Assembly (NCBI GenBank): GCA_030704615.1
Contig: CM060734.1
Location: 620,001-684,000, forward strand
DNA: 64,000 nt
Origin: Takakia lepidozioides
Lineage: Eukaryota > Plantae > Bryophyta
Direction of reading: 5' to 3'
Shown here: positions 24,161 through 35,329 of the stretch, piece after piece
Position numbering within the stretch: position 1 is the first letter of the stretch
Layout of the letters: each line of letters starts with the position of its first letter
Position numbers and translations under genes: made by a program
Notes under the pieces: model-generated
What the model saw: only the letters and a program-made list of their open reading frames with translations
Told to the model about the DNA's origin: nothing
Databases searched by the model: none

Positions 24161-25255
24161 GGGGGGTGCTATTCCGTGAGCCCGGAGGCGTGAGCCTGTG
24201 AGCCCAGGAAACCGTGAGCCCAGCATAGGCTCACGCCACGTCAGCATGCATACAGGGCTATTTCCGCGGGTGTCACCTATTACCGCGGGTTGATCAGCCA
24301 TTTGCAGGGAATGCAGACTGGTTGTGTTACATCCATTGTATCCATCCTTACTATCCATTGCATCCATTTAGACGTTATAAACATACCAAGCCCCTGCATT
24401 GGAATGTGGCTACGTCGTGAGCAGGTGCACACTCACATCATCCAAAGCAGATCCCCGCGAAATCTTTTCTTACTCACCTCCCTTGCGAACATGCCAAGTA
24501 TGTGCGGGAGCATCATGGATGCTCACCAGAATTGAGAATGCCTGAACAATCTTTGATCATGTGGACTTTAACGTGATGGATTTACCAAGCATTCTTCTAG
24601 CAGGAAGAGACCAACGAGCAAATGATGCGAGAATGCTCTACCTGAACCAAAGATGTTTGTTTGTTTTTGCAATGCTAACAAGCTTGTGAGCTCCGCAAAA
24701 CACTAAATAGATTGAAGGAACAATCCGGGCAGTCCATGCAACCCCCATCTCCAACGATAGTCTGTTCCCATGAATTTGCATCCCACGCACACATTGCAAA
24801 CAGGACAACAGGGACACACAACCATCCCATTTCCAAATTGGCCCCGAATAAAAACAAAAGAAAACTTCATATCAAGTGTCACAGTCATCAGAATCAGTAT
24901 CGACCTCCTGTGCTATGTCATCCACAAATATTCCGGCCCCAACACCACGTCTTTTATCACGGCCGTCGATTGTTGGACTGCGAGTGCCATGAACGGACAT
25001 GCTTGCTGCGAGTGCCTCCGCATAGACAGGTAGCACGTAAGACTGAGGAGGACTTGAAAGAAGTCCAAAAAGGTGTGATAACCCTGGAGGGTCAATGGAA
25101 GCACGCGGACTCCTGCACAAGTCGACAAAAATCCATTTTGAACACAATGATGCAATGCACAAGTCCAACGAAGAGGATGTCTCACATGTGCACTTCACCT
25201 TAAGAACAGTGATTTTGGGTGTTGAAACAACAATGCAAGCATCCACAGGTTGAAC

Positions 25256-28200
25256 TTACTCACAGGCAAAGTCGGAGTCCAGCTCCTTGTCGGAAGTCTC
25301 CCCTGTATCAATATCAGCGGGTAGGGGCTTCGGAAGGACTTGAGAAGTGTGTCCACCCAAACCCATCAAGAGGTTCTTGTAAATCTCGGCATCCCCTTCA
25401 ATCCCAAAGAGATGTCGCGCACTAGCCTTGCAAGCGTGGTACGAGGCACCTACAGTGGAATACAATGAAGGAAACAGACATTGAAGACACATTTGGAACG
25501 GTGGGAAGAGCTGAAAGTGCAAGCTCAAACAAACCTCATGAAATGTGAATGTTGAAGAGACGAACTTGTGCCCATTGACAAATCTAGAACTCTGGCGTCT
25601 GTGTAGGTGCAGCACTCCACAATCGTCTGAATGAAAGTCGGGCTCCTCTCCCTGGCCCCTCTCCAAGGAACCCCATTCCCCCTTCGCAAGCACACGTTGT
25701 TGTCCATGTAGTTGTGGTGCATGTCATCCGTGGGAGGATCTGTCCTCTCATCTATGAACTTGCCCCCATGAGTGATGACGAACTCCCTAATGACGGCTGG
25801 AGTCGTAGGTGGATGCACTCGGACGAGACAAACGGCTTCAAACAAATGAGTCTGCGAACATGACATACACAAGGAACTAAGAAGCTTGAAAACCAGGCCC
25901 CTACATATTCATTTGAGCAACTTATGCAACTCCATCCGAGAACCACCAAGAAGAGGAATGAGAAGACAGATTTACCATCTCTCCGGGACGATTCCCCTTC
26001 GTCAGGTATATGCTGTTAACACAATTCCATGACTTCACGACCCTCATACTGGAGGCTTTCAAATAGCTGGCAAGTGCACGGTGACAGCGAAGGTCGATGG
26101 ACTGGATGAACACCAAAACACCTGCATCGGACAGAAAGAAATTGCAAAAGGAGAAAATCCACCACCAGTAGCACTCATCAAAGGCATTCCAACCTGGACA
26201 AGCACCCGATGGAAGGACATCCGGGATTGGCAACCCATCAGGGATGTCCAAGATGATGAGTTCGGCTGCATATAGCTTCTCCTTCCCGTTGACCCAAGAT
26301 TTGGTCATTTTAGCCTGCAAACAAGCATGCAATGGAATGCTCAAGAGGATTGAGACGATCCATGCCCACAACAGACAAGAAGCAAAAGACAACACGCACC
26401 GTGCCGAGGAACTCCACAATCCTCTCCCACACTGGTGATGGTTCGCCCTTGTAATCAGATTTCTTGGACTCCGTCATGGCAAGGAACCCGACGTTGGCCA
26501 TCTCCAACCTGGTAGGGCGAATGACCCTCGTGGGATGCTCCACTGCATGGTACGGGTCCTTGGGATCAACCACCCCCTTGTTCTTTCTCCCGGATCCCCT
26601 ACCATGCGGTGGAGTCTGTTGGACATCCACCAGAGGGCCAGTATCTGCAACACTTCCCTGCCCACCTACATGCCCTTGTGCCCCCTTCCCCCTACCCCTT
26701 CCTTTCCCCACACCACCAGCAACATCCTTTCCCTTTGTCTTTCTACCTTTACCCGGTGTATCCTGAGCGGGAGGCTCCTTCTCTGCAAGAGTCCTCAAAT
26801 TTCTATCATGAATTTCGAGGTCGGCTGCTGTGGCGCTGGCTGCTATACGCTCATTCTCTCTCCTCAAAGACACCTCCTGAGCTAGGGTCTCAGAAGCAAG
26901 GAAATCCAAATACCAACCATAAGCAGAAAGATGGTCTGGGCCCCAGTCATGCAAGATCCCCGTAGTAAACATGGTCTGGTTGCCAGCAGGGACAAGCCAA
27001 AGGTCCACGAAATCAGGATGTTTGTCCAAGCAGTTCTCTGCCATGAGAACATACTTTATGTACCTGCAGGAACAGAGACAGCCTCATTATGCAATGCAAA
27101 TATTGTCTCCCAGCTTTTCCACCCTATCACAAAGACCCCCTAAAAGAGTATGCGGCACAGTACACTCCACCACAAACTCATATGAGCTAGCCAAAAACAG
27201 GTTGGATGGAGGAGAGTGTGTCTATGCAAAACAAAGAAGCACAGTCCATTTCGCACATGTAAAAGCATCGTTTCCAGGCTTCCTCTCCTTTCTCTTGCTG
27301 GTCAAGCTCATTTGTTCGACTGATGCCAGCATCTTTGCTGAACTCTCTGAAGAAACAAGATTGCCACACTGTGGCTCTCCATTTCCTCATGTATGCTTGG
27401 AAGGAGACTTTTGGTTCTGTCATGGTGATCCCATAATCAACCAGCTGCGTATGTAGAACCGACCGGGCCCTTTCCTCCAACTGCAGACCAATACAAAAGC
27501 AAGAATGAACCCAAAAACAATCACATCCAATGTAACATGGAAAGATAATGACAGAAAAATCGAAAAGAAAGTGACACATCAAAGGATATCATACCTGGCT
27601 CCAGTAAGTGGTCTTGTGAAGCCATGTGTCCAGCACATTGTCACTGACAGGAATGACACGCTGGGTCTTCTTCTCTTTCTCCGGCCTAGGGAACATGTGG
27701 GTATCCCTAATAGTGGGATCGGAGTTCCATATCTGTAGCCACTTCACCTTCTGTTCTGAAGACACAACGGCAGTAGACAACCTGTGTAACTTCTCATGGG
27801 TCATCTCCGGCTTGCCTGGCTTGTTGTAATGGTTTTTCACCTCTTGAAAGAACTTTGGTCCGAAGGTTGGGTCTGCAATTCTTAGTTGTTTCACAAAAGC
27901 ACTCATAATAGTCCTTCTTGTGGCGGTCATCTCTTTCTGGATGTGACTCTCAACACCTTTTGCTGTCATTCTCTCCTCAGGGGTAGAGCTTTAGTATTCC
28001 AGTTTGTCATGCTCTCCTGCATCTGCAATGTCTTGCTGCAAGGGAGTGCATGAGAGTTGCATCAACCCAAGGGCAAGGGAAACAAACAGAAACAAACATG
28101 TGGAAGCAGGAATATCGAAAGGCCAGATGATGGAAGATGTATCTCACCGCGTACATATACTCCATGAAAGCCTCACGGGTCAACGAGTACCACGTTTCTG

Positions 28201-31200
28201 ATGTCTTGGAGCTTTCGCACTTCTTGTACGTCTCTGCTGAAAGGATGGTCTTGAAGTTGGTCAAGGGCATCTGCCCGATCCTTTGTATCTTGTACAATGT
28301 GTGAACCAGACTCGTTTTGACATGCGATGTCTCCGTCCCTCTGCAGAATGATGTCTGAAAGTCAGAATGAAATTCAAGGACCGTCAACAGAGGACTGGAA
28401 CCAAAGAACCACGGAACCACAAGTGGAACATGTAGAATGAGAAACCAACTTGTTCACATCATTCATTGCCGTCAGAAGACCCATCATGTTCCCGTCACAA
28501 TCCAGTACCATCGATCGAACAGAGTAATGTCACTCTTCCTCCTGTGAGTGCAGCCTCCCAATGACAGCCATCCATGCAAGCAACCGGTGGTTGCCATCCC
28601 AAACGTGAAACATCTTCCCTGAGAATGCCTGGGTGGAAGGTTTCCTGGAGAGAAGAAGTTCGAAGGATTCGTTCACCTGTCTCCAAATGGGATCCCAGCA
28701 GTCCACGATTGACTCATCCACAAGGAGCTCATTGCCTCTGGAATCCCTTGTAGAAACGTAAAAGACTGCGGATCCATCCAAATACCCATGAACAAACTCG
28801 GCCTCCAGCTTCAGGATGTCCTTGATGAGGGGTGGACGAACGATGGGCATGGAAACCAACCTACACAGGGGAATCTTCAACCTCCCACCTAGGGCAAGCA
28901 TACTTTGCACCACAAGCTGAGAGTTTACCTTCTGACCCCGCAACATCTCAGCGGCTTTGCTTTCATAGAACTCATCGTCCACATCAACAATGATCTCCTT
29001 CCCCTGCCCCGAAGGGATCTCATCCGCCACACTTTGCATCTTCTCCTGCAGGGTTGATCATTCAAATTGATATAAGAGAGAGGCATAAAACGATGGTGTT
29101 TTGAGCATGGCAGACAGGCCCTGTGTGGCCCAATTTCTCATCAGAAAACAAGCATTGTGGGGGCCAAAAACACTGTGTGTTGCCACACAATGTTTCAGCT
29201 TCCAAATAGTGGTGTTTTGAACATGATATTTGGCCCTATGTGGCACATTTCCACCAAAAAAACAGGCAGAGAGGGGGCCAAAAAGGGGGCACAAACAGTG
29301 TGCGTTGCCGCACACTCTTCGTGCTTCCAACTATGGGAGTTTTGAGCATGCATACTGGCCCTGTTTGGCCCAAATTCACATAGAAAAACAAGCAGAGAGG
29401 GGGCTCCAAACAGTGTGCATTGCCGCACACTGTTTGAGCTTCCAATAAGGGTTGGATTCAACCTGCCAGAGTGGCCCTAAGTGCCCGATTTTCAATCAAA
29501 AAACAAGCAGATAAGGGGGCTCAAACAATGTGCGTTGCCGCACACTGTTTGAGCTTGCAATAAGGTGTGATTTTAACATGGCATAGTGGCCATGAGTGGC
29601 CGATTTTGAAATAAAAGAAAAGGCAGTGAAGGGGGCTCAAACAGTGTGCGTTGGCGCACACTGTTTGAGCTTCCATTTCCGGGTGGATTCAACCTGCCAG
29701 ACTGGCCCTAGGTGCAAAATTTTCATGTCAAAAAACAAGCAAATCAAGGGGCTCAAACAGTGTACGTTGACGCACACTGTTTGGGCTGCCAGGTAAGTGT
29801 GAATTGAACCTGACAGAGATGACCCTTTGTGGTCGATTCTAAAATGAAATCAATTATGGGCTCAAACAGTGTGCAATGTCGCACACTGTTTGAGCTTCCA
29901 AAAAGGGGTGGAATGAACCTTAGTGAGAGGCGACTGTGTGCACGATTTTCACATTAAAAAAACAATTACAAGGGGGGCTCAAACAGTGTGCGTTGACGCA
30001 CACTGTTTGAGCTGCCAGGTTAGTGTGGATTGAACCTCACAGAGATACCCTGTCTGGACGATTTTATTATGAAAAAAACAATGAGAATGGGGGCTCAAAC
30101 AGCATGCGTTGGCGCACACTATTTGAGTTTCGAAATAGGGGTGGATTGAACCAGACAGACAGGCCCCTGTGTGCACTATTTAAACACCCAAAAATAAGGC
30201 AAACGGGGGGCTCAAACAGTGTGCGTTGCCGCACACTGTTTGAGCTTCCAATTCGGGGTGGATTCAACCTGCCAGATTGGCCCTACGCGCCTGATTTTCA
30301 CATGAAGGAACAAGCTAAAAAGGGGGCTCAAACAGTGTGCATTGCCGCACACTGTTTGAGCTTCCAAATAGGGGTGGAATGGACCTGCCAGAGTGGCCCT
30401 ATGTGGCCGATTTTCACATGAAAAAAACAATGACAAGGGGGGCTCAAACTGTGTGCGTTGACGCACACTGTTTGAGCTGCTAGGAAATTGTTCATTGAAC
30501 CTCACACAGATACCCTGTCTGTACGATTTTATTATGAAAAAAACAATCACAAAGGGGGGGTCAAACAGTGTGCGTTGGCGCACACTGTTTGAGCTGCCAG
30601 GAAATTGATCATTGAACCTCAGAGAGATACCCTGTCTGGATGATTTTATTATGAAAAAAACAATGAGAAGGGGGGCTCAAACAGTCTGCGTTGGCGCACA
30701 CTGTTTGAGCTTCGAATTAGGGGTGGATTGAACCAGACAGAGAGGCCCCTGTGTGCACCATTTCCACACCAAAAAACAAGGCACAAGGGGGGCTCAAACA
30801 GTGTGTGTTGATGCACACTGTTTGAGCTTCCAATTTGGGGTGGATTGAACCTTCCAGAGTGGCCCTATGTGGCCGTTTTGAAAATAAAAAAACAAGCAAA
30901 ATCGGGGGCTCAAACAGTGTGCGGTGCCGCACACTCTTTGAGCTTCCAATTCGGGGTGGATTCAACCTGCCAGAGTGGCCCTATGTGACCGTTTTGCACA
31001 TCAAAAAACAAGCAAAATGGGGGGCTCAAACAGTGTGCGGTGCCGCACACTATTTGAGCTTCCAATTCGGGGTGGATTCAACCTGCCAGAGTGGCCCTAT
31101 GTGGCCGATTTTCAAATGAAAAAAACAATGAGAAGGTGGGCTCAAACAGTGTGCGTTGACGCACACTGTTTGAGCTGCCAGGTAAGTGTGCATTGAAGCT

Positions 31201-32837
31201 CAAAGAGATGCCCTATGTGCCCAATTTTCAGATGAAAAAAACAATGACAAGGTGGGCTCAAACAGTGTGCATTGAACGTCAAAGACATGCCCTATGTGGC
31301 AGATTTTCAAATGAAAAAAACAATGACAAGGTGGGCTCAAACAGTGTGCATTGAACGTCAAAGACATGCCCTATGTGGCAGATTTTCAAATGAAAAAAAC
31401 AATGACAAGGTGGGCTCAAACAGTGTGTGTTGACGCACACTGTTTGAGCTGCCAGGTAAGTGTGCATTGAACCTCAAAGACATGCCCTATGTGGCCGATT
31501 TTCACATGAAAAAAACAATGACAAGGTGGGCTCAAACAGTGTGCGTTGACGCACACTGTTTGAGCTGCCAGGTAAGTGTGCATTGAACCTCAAAGACATG
31601 CCCTATGTGGCCAATTTTCACATGAAAAAAACAATGACCAGGTGGGCTCAAACTGTGTGCGTTGACGCACACTACTGGAGCTGCCAGGAAATTGTTGATT
31701 GAACCTCATAGAGATACCCTATCTGGACGATTTTATTGTGAAAAAAACAATGAGAAGGGGGGCTCAAACAGTGTGCGTTGGCGCACACTGTTTGAGCTTC
31801 GAAATATGGGTGGATTGAACCGAACAGAGAGGCCCCTATGTGCACCATTTCCACACCAAAAAACAAGGCATAAGGGGGGCTCAAACAGTGTGCGTTGACG
31901 CACACTGTTTGAGCTGCCAGGTAAGTGTGCATTGAACCTCAAAGACATGCCCTATGTGGCCAATTTTCACATGAAAAAAACAATGACCAGGTGGGCTCAA
32001 ACTGTGTGCGTTGACGCACACTACTGGAGCTGCCAGGAAATTGTTGATTGAACCTCATAGAGATACCCCATCTGGACGATTTTATTGTGAAAAAAACAAT
32101 GAGAAGGGGGGCTCAAACAGTGTGCGTTGGCGCACACTGTTTGAGCTTCGAATATGGGTGGATTGAACCGAACAGAGAGGCCCCTATGTGCACCATTTCC
32201 ACACCAAAAAACAAGGCATAAGGGGGGCTCAAACAGTGTGCGTTGCCGCACACTGTTTGAGCTTCCAATTCGGGGTGGATTCAACCTGCCAGTGATGTCG
32301 TGTGTAGGCTATTTTCATATCAAAATACAAGCACAACTGGGTTCACATCACCAATGAAGCACAAAGGTAGGTCTCAAACATTGTACCTTTTTTTTGGCTA
32401 CTCCAGAAGACTCCCCAATCGCCGGGGACCCTTTGCGCTTCGGACTGCTCTCTATGCCGAGCATGTTCTGGAGCATCTCCCCCATCCTCTTTTCCACTAT
32501 CTGGTTCTTCGTGAGGCCAGCATCAACATCATCTTCGGCGTCCGTCTCTCCGTCGGATGCAGTCTCATCTGTGGTGCAGAAAAACAGCACCTTGATTAGA
32601 GCCCCCTGTGATGTAACTATCCCCTCCATGTGCCCCTGCCCCTCTAAACACGTACACCTACCCCACCTCACCAAGCAGCCTCATTGTCTTGTTGCTACTG
32701 GGGTCATTGACAGAGGTTAGAAGGAAGAAGTCAGACTTCTTGTGGCCAGGATATTTCTCGTGCTTGCTAGGATTTCAGCACGTCCTCTGGCTGAAATTAT
32801 CGCAGTTCAACCTTTTTGGTCTTGAAGCCTTAGGCAT
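25256..32837 (-). pseudogene. Multi-exon gene (~1100 aa): ParB/Srx-like domain plus C-terminal beta-class N4/N6 DNA-methyltransferase-like domain, with in-frame stops
   Basis: Exons 32837-32672, 32568-32387, 29045-28450, 28340-28148, 28035-27595, 27480-~27150 (end uncertain), 27063-26400, 26314-25976, 25851-25566 and 25449-25256. GT-AG joins are phase-consistent except the unresolved exon-6 donor. Motifs FHVWDGNHRLLAW; ELIILDIPD..FFLSDAGVL; RERSPTFIQTIVECCT..ARVLDLSMGTSASYHACKASARHLFGIEGD. Confidence 0.8.
29100..32330. repeat. Array of ~28 units (116-117 bp period), each with 36-bp palindrome GCTCAAACAGTGTGCG-TTG(A/C/G)-CGCACACTGTTTGAGC; fills intron 29046-32386
   Basis: Palindromes at e.g. 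31414, 31530, 31646 and 31762 (exact 116-bp steps); half-deleted copies at 31256 and 31335; higher-order 349-bp duplication starting at 31646 and 31995. Confidence 0.97.
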
Positions 32838-32849
32838 TGTCCATGATCA

Positions 32850-35325
32850 AGCTGATCTGGTCACTGCCTTTTCCAGTAACTCTGCTCCTGCCATGAAGCT
32901 AAAAAACAAGCTCAATGGGCAAGAGAAGGGAAAACTTTGCCACCAAAGTCCTTGGTGAGCTCAAGCTCACTTGATGATGCTCAGAAGAAACAAGTGGAGA
33001 CCTTGATTGCCCAAAACCTTGATGTCTTCAGCTTAGGGGCATCTGACCTTGGGAGGACATCTATCCTACAGCATGACATTATGACTCAAGGGTCACCCGT
33101 TAAGCAATTTACCTACCATGAGAGTCAGAAAGTCTTACAGGTGAACGTCCGTTAAGACATCGATGGAGTAGCGCTGCATGCAGCTGATCATCCATGATAG
33201 CACTGCACATAAGCAAGGTTCAATGGGCTTTAGCAAGGGTGAACTGGAGTGCCTGCCTCATCTTGTCTCCAGCCACTAAGTCCTTACCTCATTTGAAACG
33301 GCTCATGGGAAGGCTAATCAGGCCTTAAAGCTGTGCCAAAACCTACACAGCCGGAGTACAGCAGTGGATACACCAAACCAAATCCAAGGCTGAAAATGAA
33401 TAAGAAGGAACAAGGAAGGAAGCAGCAGCCCCTACTAAGGCTTTATACATGAGATCCATTGCCCATACTAGCACCTAGGGACTTAGCTAGGATCATCCAA
33501 AATGCTAGACCAGCCCCATGCAATCTCCAAGTTAGTAGGATCAAGCAAAAGAGGCTGCTGATCAGCACATAAAAGGTTAAGAACAGGGCCTGTCTCCCTA
33601 GGACAGCCCATGTTAAGAGTAGCCAAGTCATCCAAGGTCACCATAGGCTGACCCACATGAGGCTCAACCCAAGTTAGAGCATCTGCATTGGAGTTCTCCT
33701 TCCCTTTCTTGTACACAATGTCAAGATCAAACTCCTGCAAAAACATAGTCCAACGTGCCCATGCAACTCGCGAGGACAAAGCAAGGCCTTGAGAGAAAAG
33801 TGATCAGGCTCAACAATAAACTTGGTGCCATGTAGAATATATTGCCTGCAATGCTTCACACCAAAGATTAGAGCCAGCCCCTCCTTATCAGTGATGGAGT
33901 AGTTCTTCTCATGTTTGTCAAGCTTCCTAGAAGCATAGGCCATGACATGTTCATTGCCATCAACAGCTTGGCATAAAATAGCAGAGATGGCTATCATGTC
34001 TGAAGCATCGGTTTGCATCTTGAAAGGCAAATGGAAGTCATGAAACATAAGGACAGGAGCAGTGGTAAGAGCAACCTTCAAGCGATCAAAGGCGACTTGT
34101 TGAAAAGTGCCCAACTCAAAGCGAACATCCTTAGCGAGAAGCTTGGTCAAGGCAAAAGCAATCATGGCAAAACGTTTGATGAATCTTCAATAGTAAGAAG
34201 CCAAGCCAAGGAAGGATTTAACACAGTGCTTGTCTTTGGGAATAAGAAACTTCTAGACAACATGAAGTTTCTCAGGATCAGGCTTGAGTCCATCCTTGGA
34301 CAAGACATGTCCCAAGAAATGCAACTCGAGCATGCACAATTCATACTTCTTAGGCTTAACTTTCAACCCAGCAGCTCTTAATTTGTTGAACACACGTGGC
34401 AAATCCAAAAGATGAGCCTCAAAGGTGGCTAAGTATACATTGATGTCATGAATGTATATAAGAGCACACTCCCACCTCAAATTACCAAGGACAATATCCA
34501 TCAGGCGTTGGAAGGTAGAAGTAGCATTGCATAGGCCAAATGGCATGATCTCATACTGATATTTGCCCATCCTGCAAACAAAAGAAGTTTTCTCCTTTGC
34601 TTCTTATGTCAATGACACTTGCCAAAAGCCAAAAGCTAAATCTAAGGAAGAAATCATAGTGGCCTCATGCAACATATCTAGAGTCTCATTGATTCTAGAA
34701 AGGGCATAAGCATCATTTTTGATGACAACATTGAGATGTCTGAAGTCAACACACAAGCAAGTGCTTCCATCTTTCTTCCCTACTAAGACAATGGGACTTG
34801 CCCAGGGAGAGACAGAAGGCTTCATTACTCCTGCATCAAGCATTTTTTTCTATTTTCTCTTGCACGATAGTCCTTTCCCTAGTTGAGAAAGCAAGTGCTT
34901 TATAATTTGGACACTCATCGCTACATGGATAGGCGGTTGTTCAAGGAGTGTACCAAAGATGGAAGTCCTTGCTACATGGAGGTACCACCACGGAGCTAGT
35001 TGAATACTTTGTTGGAACGCTTTCACTCTTCTTTGTATGCAGGTCATCTTGAGATCAAGAAGACCATTGCTCGCATTCAAGAAGTGTACTACTGGAAGGG
35101 AATTCAAATAGATGGGACAACATATGTCTCCAAGTGTGAGGCATGTCGCTCTAACCTTGCACAGTTTCCTAGGGTGGGGGTCACTTATGAATTGCAATAT
35201 TTGTCTGTGACACATGCCTTTGCCCGTGTTGGTTTGGACTTAGTGGGACCTCTCGCTCTCACGTCAAATGGATATAACTATCTCTGTGTAGCTACAGACT
35301 ACTTGACCAAGTGGATAGAAGTCCG
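32850..35325. mobile_element. LTR-less Ty3/gypsy pol fragment with an internal inversion
   Basis: Plus 32850-33125 PR-RT linker (DLGRTSILQHDIMT); minus ~33440-34885 RT/RH (SPWASPIVLVGKKDG, MPFGLCNATSTFQRLMD, QTDASD); plus 34890-35325 integrase (HSSLYAGH..CEAC, LDLVGPL..DYLTKW). Confidence 0.9.
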
Positions 35326-35329
35326 GAGG

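Noticed and set aside
24872-25246. Extra terminal exon of the ParB-MTase gene
   Set aside because: The donor/acceptor pairs I tried give an immediate or early stop, so it was left out of the model.
29100-32330. CRISPR array
   Set aside because: Spacers are ~80 bp, homologous to one another and duplicated in blocks; there are no cas genes and the context is a spliceosomal intron.
29058-32357. Many short ORFs (SNSVR.RTLFE, QTVC..AHCLS)
   Set aside because: Translations of the tandem array.
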